DNA of 47,005 bases from Verrucomicrobiales bacterium (GTDB taxonomy: Bacteria > Verrucomicrobiota > Verrucomicrobiia > Methylacidiphilales > JAAUTS01), in NCBI GenBank assembly GCA_031265105.1, contig JAISDC010000046.1, positions 1-47,005 of the forward strand, written 5' to 3'. Shown here in pieces: positions 25,759 through 34,811 of this stretch. Each line of letters opens with the position of its first letter. Positions within the stretch are counted from its first letter, which is position 1. The translations under genes and the position numbers were made by a program. The notes beneath the pieces are model-generated. The model saw only the letters and a list, made by a program, of their open reading frames with translations, ran no database searches and was not told the origin of the DNA.

Positions 25759-27825
25759 ATGCCGCTTGCTGAAATTCTTGTCGTTCATCACACCCATACC
25801 GATTGGGGTTACACGTCGCACCCCAGCGTGGTGGAAGCGCGACATTATCGCTACATCGACCAGGCCGTTGATTTGTGCCGCCGGTATCGGGAGCAGGGAA
25901 CTTCCTCGCGGTATCGTTGGACGTGCGAGTCAGCCTGGGTGGTGCATGGCTGGCTGAAGTCACGTTCTCCCCGTGAACGGCGCGCATTGCTCGACTGTGT
26001 GCGGCGCGGTGAAATTGAAGTCGCCGCCATGCCCCTGCATCCGACGCCGCTGGCGGACAGCCGCACGATTGCGGCGGCTTTGCGGATACTCGACGAACTG
26101 CGCGCCGAGGGCATTCCTATTTCCGTGGCGCTGATTTGCGACATTAACGGGTTGAGCTGGCCCTGGGCGGACGCGCTGCTGGATCATGGCGTCACGACGC
26201 TGTGCGCGGCCATGAATTTTGTTTGCGGCGGCGGGCTGCCGCGTTATACGGCGTTTCAATGGCAGAGCGCGTCGGGCCGCAAACTGTTGTGCTGGCAGGG
26301 TGCCCATTACAATCAGGGGGCTTTTTGGGGCATCAACTACGACGCGCCGCAACCGGCGCCCACGGTCAGCGTCCCGGCCCGGCCCGGTAATCAGACGATT
26401 GATGCCGGTGCCACCAGGCGGCGGGAAGTTGATTTGGCCAAGCGATTGGCGGAGCTTAAGGATTATCCCTACGAAAAGCTGCTGCTCCAGGTCACCAATG
26501 TTCCGCCGGACAATGGCCCGCCGCATCCCCAATATTTGGATTACATTGCCGCTTACAATCGACAGGCCCGCTTGAATGAGTGGCCGATGATGCGTCCGGC
26601 GACCTTGCTGGAATGGGCGAATTACTTGTTCGGGCACGCGGCCGGGCTGCCGGTCTTTGCCGGAGACTGGACGGATTGGTGGGCTTCGGGAGTGGCGAGC
26701 ACGCCGCGGGAGACCGCCGCGCTGATGGAAGCTCAGCGCCGCATTCACGCGGCCGAGCAGCGGGGACTGCCCGTGGAACAGGCGGCAGCCGTCAGGCGAA
26801 AGATTTTTTTGGCGGCGGAACACACCTGGGGTGGCAGCACCAGCGCCCTCAAGCCCTATGAGTTGCTGTCGCTCGCCGGACTCGCGGCCAAGCAGGAACT
26901 CATGTATGCCGCTGTGGTTGATGCCAACGAGGCTTTGCGCGCCTCATTGCAACCTCGTTATAGGTTGTTAGATACCCGCCTGGAATCATTCGATCCCTTA
27001 TGGAACGAGTTGGTGCGGGGCAAAGCTGACGTTGTGCCAGTTCAGCCTTTGCGCAAGGTGAAAGCTGCCCGGAGAAAAGTTGACTGGCAGCGATGGATTA
27101 ATCCCGCGACGCTGAAGGTGATCCTTGAGGAACCGCTGAACGGGGAGCGTTCCACCTGGTTTGAGGTTGGAAAATTTGACCGGCCGGAAGCGCACGGTCA
27201 CTGGAACGAGGCGCCCCGCTGGAAGCGCACGGTGCTGAAGTCTGCCCACATTGATTGGGACGCTGCGGGTGATACTGTCCGCATCGAGGCGCGCGTCAAG
27301 CTCGATTATACGGAGCGTCCCCGTTCCCTTTACATCCTGTTTCCGTTTGGCTTTCAAGCGTCACTCCTCGCTGATGTTGGCGGTGCCTGGGCTGATCCTT
27401 GCGGGGAAAATATTCCCGGCTCATGTAAAAACTGGTGGACGGTGCATCGTGGCATTCTGCTGCGTGGACGCGCCGCCTCGGTGCTGTGGACGCCGTGGGA
27501 CGCGCCGCTGGTCATGTTTGATGAACCCTGTCCGACACCGCCCCGCAAACGCAATCCGCGGCACGCGCGCGCTTTGGTGTCCTGGCCGATCAATACTTAT
27601 TGGTTCACCAACTTTTGCGGCTTGAGCGGCGGCGATTACACCTTCCGTTACCGCCTGAAATGGTGGCCCGGCGTGGTGAGTATGCGCGATGTGGAAGGAT
27701 ATTGCGCGAGCGACCCGCTGGCTGATTACCCACAGGTGATTGCTGTCGCGCAAGACACTGTTCCTGTCAAATTGAAAAATAAAATTTCCCAAAAAATTAA
27801 CCACCTGAAAAAAAGAAAAATATGA
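25759..27825 (+). CDS. GH38-N-terminal-domain-like glycoside hydrolase (alpha-mannosidase-like)
   Basis: ILVVHHTHTDWGYT metal-binding start typical of the GH38 N-terminal fold. 688 aa. The stop overlaps the next start (ATGA). Confidence 0.6.
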   Translation: MPLAEILVVHHTHTDWGYTSHPSVVEARHYRYIDQAVDLCRRYREQGTSSRYRWTCESAWVVHGWLKSRSPRERRALLDCVRRGEIEVAAMPLHPTPLADSRTIAAALRILDELRAEGIPISVALICDINGLSWPWADALLDHGVTTLCAAMNFVCGGGLPRYTAFQWQSASGRKLLCWQGAHYNQGAFWGINYDAPQPAPTVSVPARPGNQTIDAGATRRREVDLAKRLAELKDYPYEKLLLQVTNVPPDNGPPHPQYLDYIAAYNRQARLNEWPMMRPATLLEWANYLFGHAAGLPVFAGDWTDWWASGVASTPRETAALMEAQRRIHAAEQRGLPVEQAAAVRRKIFLAAEHTWGGSTSALKPYELLSLAGLAAKQELMYAAVVDANEALRASLQPRYRLLDTRLESFDPLWNELVRGKADVVPVQPLRKVKAARRKVDWQRWINPATLKVILEEPLNGERSTWFEVGKFDRPEAHGHWNEAPRWKRTVLKSAHIDWDAAGDTVRIEARVKLDYTERPRSLYILFPFGFQASLLADVGGAWADPCGENIPGSCKNWWTVHRGILLRGRAASVLWTPWDAPLVMFDEPCPTPPRKRNPRHARALVSWPINTYWFTNFCGLSGGDYTFRYRLKWWPGVVSMRDVEGYCASDPLADYPQVIAVAQDTVPVKLKNKISQKINHLKKRKI

Positions 27826-28271
27826 TTTATAACCGACTTGAAGAGGCCAATCGTTTATACAACTTGCATTCCGGCTTTGCAAAGGCATTTGAGTTTCTGC
27901 AGCAAAGCGGCTTGGCAACGCTGCCCATCGGCAGCTACGAGATCGATGGGGAACATGTTTATGCCATGGTGCAACAAGGCGTTGGCAAGGGGATGGCCTC
28001 GGCCCGCCTGGAAACACATAAAAAGTATATTGATATTCAGTTTACCTTAACAGGGCTGGAGTTGATTGGTTGCGGTCACGCCAAAGAACATCAGCCCGAT
28101 TCCCAGGGCTGGGATTTGGCCAGGGACATCTGTTTTCTGACCGGGACTCCGGACTTTTGGCTGCCGGTGCCTGAGGGCAGTTTCGCCATTTTTTATCCAG
28201 AAGAGGATTTGCACGCTCCCATGTGCGGAAACGAAGCGGTGCGGAAGATTGTTGTAAAAGTGAGCGCCTAG
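27822..28271 (+). CDS. YhcH/YjgK/YiaL-family protein (DUF386; sugar anomerase/mutarotase-like)
   Basis: 149 aa. ...LPIGSYEIDGEHVYAMVQ..., LETHKKYIDIQFTLTGLELIG, F.IFYPEEDLHAP pattern of the family. Confidence 0.8.
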   Translation: MIYNRLEEANRLYNLHSGFAKAFEFLQQSGLATLPIGSYEIDGEHVYAMVQQGVGKGMASARLETHKKYIDIQFTLTGLELIGCGHAKEHQPDSQGWDLARDICFLTGTPDFWLPVPEGSFAIFYPEEDLHAPMCGNEAVRKIVVKVSA

Positions 28272-28281
28272 TTTAACCGTC

Positions 28282-29676
28282 ATGAATTCCACCACTGAAG
28301 AACACGGCTCCGTTGCCACGCCAAATCTCTATACCGTTGGCACGCTGAAATACGACAAGCGCGCCATCGTGATTTTGTTTGGCTGGCTGCTATGGGGTGA
28401 TTTTGCCTTCAATTTTTTCGAGTCGGTTTTCGGGCGGTTCATGCCGTTGTATCTCAAGGAGCTGAACGCTTCCAATGTCTTTATCGGCATTACCACCGGC
28501 AGCGTCGCTGGCTTGGTCAATATCCTCTTTCTGCCCAATATCAGCCAATGGAGCGACCGCTTGCGTGCCCGGCTGGGACGGCGTATTCCCTTTCTTTTGA
28601 TTGTCACTCCCCTGACCACACTATCCCTGCTGGCCATCGGATTCGCGCCGGAAATCGGCGCCTTGACGCACCGGTATTTGCCGTCATTTTCCTGGCTAAC
28701 CCAGACCTCCTTGGTGCTGTCGCTGTTGTGCCTGTTCACGGTTGCGTTTCATTTTTTCAACATGATTTTGGTCAATGTCTTTAACTGGCTGGTGCGCGAT
28801 GTGGTGCCGCAAGTCCTGATGGCCCGCTTTCTCACCTGGTTTCGCGTCGTCGGAACGATGGCGGCCATGTTGTTCCTTTGGTATGTCTTTCCCATCATGC
28901 TTTCCCATCGTAAGCTAACCTTCCTCCTGGTCGGATTTTTTTATCTCGCCGCCTTTCTATTGATGTGCTGGAAAGTAAAGGAAGGCGATTATCCTGAGCC
29001 TGAATCCCGTGGTCCCGCTGATAATTTTTTGCTTCGTTTCATCACTTATTTTCGGGACTGCCTGGGCATTCCGCTTTATCGCAATTTTTTTCTCGTTCAT
29101 GTCCTGTTTGTAATCGGCAATGTTTGCGCCAATTACTCGTTTCTCACTCTTTATGCCCGGCATACCTTGCGCTTGGAAATGGAGGCCATGGGGCAAATCT
29201 ACGCCTATGCCGCCCTGTTGAGCGCCGTGGTTTATATTCCAATCGGCTGGCTGTGCGGCAAGATTGGTGAAATGAAGGTTACGCTGGCCAGTCTGGTCAC
29301 TTTGGTTATCGTGGCCATCCTGGCTTATTATTTGGTAACCGATCAAACCAGTTGGCTGGTCTATAGTCTCGTATCCTCGCTGCCCGCGGTGGGGTGGACG
29401 CTCGGTTCGCTCACGGTCAGCATGCGTTTGTTTCCGGAGAAAAGTTTCGGCCAGTTCGCGTCGGGCATCAATGTCTTCAGTTGCGGCGGCATGATTGTTG
29501 GCAACTATATTTGCGGAGAATACATGGATTTCGTGGATAGTAATTACCGGCTTATTTTCTGGTGGGTCGCGGGTTTTTGCACAGTGGCGATTGTGCCGAT
29601 GGTGGCTGTTTATCGCGGCTGGAAACGACACGGCGGCCCCGATCACTACGTGGCGCCGTCGCCGATACGGGAATAA
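28282..29676 (+). CDS. MFS/GPH-type sugar:cation symporter
   Basis: 464 aa with about 12 hydrophobic segments and [14 protein letters not shown] after TM2 (the D-R-x-G-R-R motif of MFS/GPH transporters). Confidence 0.8.
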   Translation: MNSTTEEHGSVATPNLYTVGTLKYDKRAIVILFGWLLWGDFAFNFFESVFGRFMPLYLKELNASNVFIGITTGSVAGLVNILFLPNISQWSDRLRARLGRRIPFLLIVTPLTTLSLLAIGFAPEIGALTHRYLPSFSWLTQTSLVLSLLCLFTVAFHFFNMILVNVFNWLVRDVVPQVLMARFLTWFRVVGTMAAMLFLWYVFPIMLSHRKLTFLLVGFFYLAAFLLMCWKVKEGDYPEPESRGPADNFLLRFITYFRDCLGIPLYRNFFLVHVLFVIGNVCANYSFLTLYARHTLRLEMEAMGQIYAYAALLSAVVYIPIGWLCGKIGEMKVTLASLVTLVIVAILAYYLVTDQTSWLVYSLVSSLPAVGWTLGSLTVSMRLFPEKSFGQFASGINVFSCGGMIVGNYICGEYMDFVDSNYRLIFWWVAGFCTVAIVPMVAVYRGWKRHGGPDHYVAPSPIRE

Positions 29677-29680
29677 AATA

Positions 29681-30886
29681 ATGAAACCTGCTCCTCCTGC
29701 TATTCTGCCTTGCCTTCAGGCCCGCCTCCAGGCTCAGGAAAATCTATACGCGCTGCGCAACCAAGTTTCCTCCGCGGCCTGGTCCAATGGGATTTTTGAC
29801 CGTTACGAACATCCGGTGCTCACCGCCGCGCATGTCCCGCTTGCCTGGCGTTTCGATTTTAATCCGGCCACCAATCCGCGCGGCCTCGAACGACTCGGCA
29901 TCAATGCGGTGTTAAATCCCGGCGCCATTGAACTCAACGGCCGTTTTTATCTGATCGCCCGCGTCGAGGGCGCCGACCGCAAATCGTTTTTTGCCGTCGC
30001 GGAAAGCGTTTCCGGCATTGATCAGTTCCGGTTCCATGCAGATCCGATTTTGCTCGACCAAACCGACGATCCCGATGTCAACGTCTATGACATGCGGCTG
30101 GTGAAACACGAGGACGGCTGGATCTACGGGTTGTTTTGCACCGAACGACGCGATCCCACGGCTCCGCAGTTCGACACCAGCAGCGCGGTCGCGCAATGCG
30201 GCATTGTACGTACTCGCGATTTGAAAAACTGGGAAAGACTGCCCGACTTCAAATCATCCTCCGCCCAGCAGCGCAATGTGGTGCTGCATTCCGAATTCGT
30301 CAACGGTCGCTATGCCTTCTACACCCGTCCGCAAGATGATTTCATCTCGACCGGCTCCGGTGGCGGCATCGGCTGGGCTTTGTCCGCGTCAATGAATCCG
30401 GCGGTAATCGGTGCCGAGGAAATCATGGATCCGCGGGTTTATCACACCGTCAAGGAGCTTAAAAACGGACAAGGGCCGGCCCCCTTGCGCACTTCCGCCG
30501 GCTGGCTGCACCTGGCTCACGGCGTGCGCAACACCGCCGCCGGGCTGCGTTACGTGATCTATGCGTTGCTTTCCGATTTGCGCGAACCCGCCAAAGTGTT
30601 GCGGCGTCCCGCCGGCTATTTGATTGCTCCCGAAGGCGAGGAGCGAATCGGCGACGTAGCCAATGTCATTTTCTGCAACGGCGCCATCGCGCGGGAAAAC
30701 GGCGACGTTTACATCTACTACGCCTCATCGGACACCCGCGTTCACGTTGCCACCAGCACCGTGGAGCGTCTGCTTGACTACGTCATGAACACCCCGGCAG
30801 ACCCGCTTATTTCTTCCGAATGTGTGCGTCAGCGCCGGTCATTGATTCGCGCTAACCGTGAATTTTTGGCCGCCGCCCATTTATGA
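29681..30886 (+). CDS. GH130 beta-mannoside phosphorylase (4-O-beta-D-mannosyl-D-glucose phosphorylase-like)
   Basis: ATG 29681. [92 protein letters not shown] and [15 protein letters not shown] closely match my memory of characterised GH130_1 enzymes. Confidence 0.88.
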   Translation: MKPAPPAILPCLQARLQAQENLYALRNQVSSAAWSNGIFDRYEHPVLTAAHVPLAWRFDFNPATNPRGLERLGINAVLNPGAIELNGRFYLIARVEGADRKSFFAVAESVSGIDQFRFHADPILLDQTDDPDVNVYDMRLVKHEDGWIYGLFCTERRDPTAPQFDTSSAVAQCGIVRTRDLKNWERLPDFKSSSAQQRNVVLHSEFVNGRYAFYTRPQDDFISTGSGGGIGWALSASMNPAVIGAEEIMDPRVYHTVKELKNGQGPAPLRTSAGWLHLAHGVRNTAAGLRYVIYALLSDLREPAKVLRRPAGYLIAPEGEERIGDVANVIFCNGAIARENGDVYIYYASSDTRVHVATSTVERLLDYVMNTPADPLISSECVRQRRSLIRANREFLAAAHL

Positions 30887-30972
30887 TTATGCGCCACGTT
30901 GACCATCACCCGACCGACGATTATTAGCTAGTGTCGCTGATGGTGATCCATACGCCGGGAGCATCCCGGTGG

Positions 30973-31839
30973 TTATCTCGCCACACCGGACGCTGACAAT
31001 GGGATCGTCTGCGTCTCGGAAAGCTTGGCCCGCTCGGTCGCGTCCTTTTTGGTTAAACCGCCGATAAACTGCACCATGCCGTGATCGCTTCTGGCCAGTG
31101 TCGGCGTCATGACCCCGGCGATGGACTGACGGTCCTCCTGGGCCAAAATGCCGCCATTGGCATCCGCCTCGGTGTAACGGTAATTCTTGGCGCTAATCAC
31201 TTGCACGATATGAAGATTGCCCGTACGGTCAAACGCAATCTGCGGATCGGCAAAGGAGACCACTTTGCCCAACCGGACCGTGTTGTACATCAAATTCTGA
31301 TCCGGTTCCTCCACCCGCAAATACAAATTCGCCTCGTTCACATCCAAAAACCGCACCAGACTGTACACTCGTTTCACGCCGGTGTTGTAAACGTCTTGCG
31401 TCCAAATCGTCTCGCCCTTGCCCACGGTAAAATAAAGTTTGCCGGTCATGATGGGCTTCAGACCGGGAATGTGAACGATGGCTTGCGCGGTATAACCGCC
31501 GGTGGCGCGAATGGCGTAATAAGGCAAAATGTCCACGCTGATCCGCTTGGTTTCCCCGGGCGCCAGGTTAATTTGTTTGGCGGTGATGCTTTTAACCTGA
31601 TTGACCACGCCGCTGGCTTGGTTGAACACCAAAAAGCCCAGCCACGACTTACCGTCGTCATTCACGCTCAGGCTGAATGGAGCGTCGGTCACGTTGGTTA
31701 ACTCCAGGGTCAGGTCAATCGATTCATATTGCAGGTAAAGACTGCGCTGTTGGGAAAATTGCACCTCCACCTGCGCTGACACTGGTGTCACGACCAGCCA
31801 TGAAAATATCCCGGCACAAACCGCACAAATAAATCTCAT
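30973..31839 (-). CDS. Hypothetical secreted protein
   Basis: Signal peptide MRFICAVCAGIFSWLVVTPVSAQ. The track start at 31845 is TTG; the first ATG is at 31839. No domain recognised. Confidence 0.6.
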   Translation of the reverse strand: MRFICAVCAGIFSWLVVTPVSAQVEVQFSQQRSLYLQYESIDLTLELTNVTDAPFSLSVNDDGKSWLGFLVFNQASGVVNQVKSITAKQINLAPGETKRISVDILPYYAIRATGGYTAQAIVHIPGLKPIMTGKLYFTVGKGETIWTQDVYNTGVKRVYSLVRFLDVNEANLYLRVEEPDQNLMYNTVRLGKVVSFADPQIAFDRTGNLHIVQVISAKNYRYTEADANGGILAQEDRQSIAGVMTPTLARSDHGMVQFIGGLTKKDATERAKLSETQTIPLSASGVAR

Positions 31840-31845
31840 TGACAA

Positions 31846-31874
31846 ATATTATCGTAACAGCGTCAGCGTGACAA
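31846..31874 (-). promoter_or_regulatory. Candidate promoter TTGTCA-17-TAATAT directly abutting the start codon
   Basis: Minus strand reads TTGTCA cgctgacgctgttacga TAATAT ttgtca ATG. The -10 hexamer ends 6 nt before ATG 31839. Confidence 0.35.
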
Positions 31875-31898
31875 TATTCATTTCCACCCCTGACAACA

Positions 31899-31930
31899 AA
31901 AAGGCAGGAGGAAATATCCTCCTGCCTTTT
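31899..31930 (-). terminator. Intrinsic terminator after the FGSW-repeat gene (potentially bidirectional)
   Basis: AAAAGGCAGGAGGA-AATA-TCCTCCTGCCTTTT, a 14-bp stem including A/T runs on both sides. It lies 27 nt downstream of the stop at 31957 on the minus strand. Confidence 0.75.
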
Positions 31931-31956
31931 CGTCAATATCAGCGGCAACTGCCGAT

Positions 31957-32733
31957 TCAGGCAACCGTCGCGGTATTTTTCGCGGCGGCCAGGGCTTTTA
32001 GCCACGAACCGAAGAAGCGCGGTTTGCAGGCGGCCGCGAACAGCGCCGGGGCGTGTCTGCGCACCTCGCCGCTTTGCAGCCGTATTCCCTGGCGCTGCAA
32101 GTCACGGATGCCGTCAATCACCATCGCACTGGTCCAGCGCCGGCGGCGGCGGATGCTGGCGTAATCAATCCCGGCTTTCTCCACCGCGGCGCCCCAGTTG
32201 CCGAACCGCCGGCGGGCGGTGGCGATCAGCGGGTTGGCAGTTTCATCCATGGTCTTCGAACTGAGATCCACGCCTTGCTCCTTGAGCCGGCGGATTTCGT
32301 CCAGAATGGTTTCCTCATTCCAGGAGCGATAACGGTAAATTTCGTTCGGCGCCAAACCGGCTGCCGTCAGCGCCGTTTTCCACGAGCCGAAATGCTTCGG
32401 GCGAATCGCCGCATAGACCATGCTGTTATAGGAACTGAGCATCATCGCGCGGAACGAAAGATCGGCACCCTGTTTGAATAACTCCTGAATCTGCGCCACG
32501 ATGCCGTCCTTGGTCCAATGCTGGTACTTGCGGACTTCATTGTATTGGATGCCGGCTTTTTCAACGGCGGCCTGCCAGCTGCCGTAGTAGCGGATGCCGG
32601 CCGCGAGCAATTCCTGGAAATTCTTGCGCACATGATGGGAATAGAGCGGCTCGCCGCGCAAATTCCATTGCCTGATTTCTTCCAGCACGATTGCTGCCGA
32701 CCATTTTCTATTTTTACGTGAACGTGTTTTCAT
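31957..32733 (-). CDS. Protein made of four tandem ~62-aa FGSW repeats (homing-endonuclease-associated-repeat-like), no catalytic domain
   Basis: Four units W(S/T/N)xxxIxxxIxxLxxxGxxL...(Y/F)G(S/N)WxxAxxxAG(I/L), starting at WSAAIVLEEI, WTKDGIVAQI, WNEETILDEI and WTSAMVIDGI. Confidence 0.75.
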   Translation of the reverse strand: MKTRSRKNRKWSAAIVLEEIRQWNLRGEPLYSHHVRKNFQELLAAGIRYYGSWQAAVEKAGIQYNEVRKYQHWTKDGIVAQIQELFKQGADLSFRAMMLSSYNSMVYAAIRPKHFGSWKTALTAAGLAPNEIYRYRSWNEETILDEIRRLKEQGVDLSSKTMDETANPLIATARRRFGNWGAAVEKAGIDYASIRRRRRWTSAMVIDGIRDLQRQGIRLQSGEVRRHAPALFAAACKPRFFGSWLKALAAAKNTATVA

Positions 32734-32914
32734 TGTAGCTTGACCTTTCTTTGTCAGTTTGGGGTTAAAAACACATCAACAGTAATTGTTTTTTCAATAA
32801 TTGCAAGAACGGCATAACTCGCGCCGGTTTATGTTGTTCGTAACTCACTGATTTTAAAATAGTTATAAATGTATTACATTTTAGTAATTAAGATGATAAT
32901 CAATACCGATAATA

Positions 32915-33868
32915 TCAATCCACCAATGATCGCCAGGCGGCGACCACCTGCGCGGGGGTAATCGCCCGCAGGCACGCCATGCGGTTAGCCCGCTGGCAGT
33001 GACGGCGCAGGCACGGACGGCACGACAAGTCTGTTGTTAGTAGTTTCACCTGCCGGGCGCGCGGCGCGGTCTTGCGCGGGTCAGTCGCGCCAAACAAGGC
33101 CACCAGTGGACGGTCCAGCGCCGCCGCCACGTGCAGCGGGCCGGAATCCGTGCCGACCACCGCGCGGGCCGCGCCCAGCAGCGTCAGCAAACCGCGCAAG
33201 TCCGTCTGGCCGCGCAAATCCAGCAGATTGGGCGCGGTGGCCGGGAAAAAATTCCCTTGGCCGACCAGCACAAATTTTTCCTCTGGCAGCAGCCGCGCCA
33301 GTTGCTCGTAATTCCGCCACGGCCACAGTTTCGTTTCCCATCTGCTGTACGGGTGCAGCACGGTGTAACCGCCCGTCCGCAATCCGGCGGGTAATTCATC
33401 CGGCGGTCTAACTAATAATTGAGTATCAGTCATGGCGTCGCCGCTGGCGGTGCCGGTCACGGTCAGCGCCGCGGTCAGGTAACGGTCCGCCGCGTGAGTC
33501 TGGACATCCGCCACCACCTCGTCGTAGGCCAGCCGCGACCACTCGCGGCCCGATTGCAGGCCCACCCGCCGCGTCGCGCGCACCGCCCGCGTCATCAACG
33601 CGCTGCGCGCCAGTCCTTGCAAATCCAGCGCCAGGTCGAACTTGTGTCGCCGCAGGGTTAGCAGCCAGCGCGCGAACGCCGCCGGCGCGGCGCGCAGCCG
33701 CCGGCGCGGAAAGGTGATGAGTTCATCCACCCACGGGCACGCCGTCACCAGCGGCGCGTAATCCTCGTCCACCAGCCAGGTCAGCCGACCGCCGCGTGAC
33801 TTCAGCACCGGCGCCACCGTCAGCGCCTGCGCCACATCGCCGAGCGCGGTCGGCTTGATGACCAGCAT
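32915..33868 (-). CDS. Glycosyltransferase family 9 (LPS heptosyltransferase-like)
   Basis: MLVIKPTALGDV N-terminus and GTDSGPLHVAAALDRPLVALFGATDP. Track start is GTG 33874; ATG is at 33868. Confidence 0.88.
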   Translation of the reverse strand: MLVIKPTALGDVAQALTVAPVLKSRGGRLTWLVDEDYAPLVTACPWVDELITFPRRRLRAAPAAFARWLLTLRRHKFDLALDLQGLARSALMTRAVRATRRVGLQSGREWSRLAYDEVVADVQTHAADRYLTAALTVTGTASGDAMTDTQLLVRPPDELPAGLRTGGYTVLHPYSRWETKLWPWRNYEQLARLLPEEKFVLVGQGNFFPATAPNLLDLRGQTDLRGLLTLLGAARAVVGTDSGPLHVAAALDRPLVALFGATDPRKTAPRARQVKLLTTDLSCRPCLRRHCQRANRMACLRAITPAQVVAAWRSLVD

Positions 33869-33910
33869 ATTCACTGCGCCAGCCTAACCGCGCGCCGTGA
33901 AGTTACGAAC

Positions 33911-33946
33911 AAAAAAGCCGCTGACAGTGACTGCACTGTCAGCGGC
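33911..33946 (-). terminator. Intrinsic terminator built from an inverted pair of the abundant CCGCTGACAGTG motif
   Basis: Minus strand reads GCCGCTGACAGTG-CAGT-CACTGTCAGCGGC followed by TTTTTT. It lies 21 nt after the stop of the SGNH gene at 33967. Confidence 0.8.
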
Positions 33947-33966
33947 GGTTGGTGAATATCGCAATG

Positions 33967-34725
33967 TTATTGCAAATATTTGTCAATATACGGCTGAATG
34001 GCGTCAGCCCAGATCTGGTAACCGCTGGCGTTCGGATGCAAAAAGTCGGGCATGATGTCCTTGCCCAGCGTGCCGTCGGGTTGCAGGAATTTGTCGCTGA
34101 AATCCACGAACACCACCTTGTCGCCGTCGTCCAGTTTGGCGATGGCGGCGTTGACTTCCTTGATTTTCGCGCGCCAGGGATGGTCGGCCTTTTCGTTGCG
34201 CGGGAAAATGGCTTGCAGCAGAATCACCGCGTCGGGGCAGAGCTTGCGGTATTCCGCGACTATCGCCGTGACCCCGTCGATGATATCCTCGGCCGAGTTG
34301 CCGATGTTGTTGGTGCCGATCATGATGGCAACCAGCTTCGGTTGCAGGCTGCTCATCTGGCCCTGCGACAGGCGCCACAGCACGTTTTCCGTGCGGTCGC
34401 CGCCGATGCCGAAGTTGAACGCGCCGTATTTCGCGTAGCGCTCCTGCCAGATTTTCTGCCCGCCGCCGTGCCAGCCGTCGGTGATGGAATCGCCGTCGAA
34501 TACCAGCTTGATGGACTGCGTGCGGTTTTGCGTCTGGGCGGCGTCATTGCTGCGTTTCACCCGCTCCACCCATTCGGCGCGCGGATAGGGGAAGACGGTG
34601 ACCTTGACACCGGCCGGACGGAACGGCAGTTCGGCGGGCATCGGCCACACTTTGGGATTGTTTTGGGCGTTAACGGCGACTACGCTCACGAGCGCCACGA
34701 CGGAGGTAAGAAGGAATTTTTTCAT
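33967..34725 (-). CDS. SGNH/GDSL hydrolase, secreted (paralog of 16473..17276)
   Basis: FDGDSITDGW, GIGGDRTENVLWRL, MIGTNN and DFLHPN blocks. ATG 34725 (MKKFLLTSVVALVSVVAVNA) with GGAAGGA upstream. Confidence 0.88.
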   Translation of the reverse strand: MKKFLLTSVVALVSVVAVNAQNNPKVWPMPAELPFRPAGVKVTVFPYPRAEWVERVKRSNDAAQTQNRTQSIKLVFDGDSITDGWHGGGQKIWQERYAKYGAFNFGIGGDRTENVLWRLSQGQMSSLQPKLVAIMIGTNNIGNSAEDIIDGVTAIVAEYRKLCPDAVILLQAIFPRNEKADHPWRAKIKEVNAAIAKLDDGDKVVFVDFSDKFLQPDGTLGKDIMPDFLHPNASGYQIWADAIQPYIDKYLQ

Positions 34726-34811
34726 TCCTTCCAATTTAATGAATCGCCGCTGATGGTCAACTCTCAAATTGCGCTGACCGTCCGCGCTGTCTCCGAGATT
34801 TTCGTCAGCGG

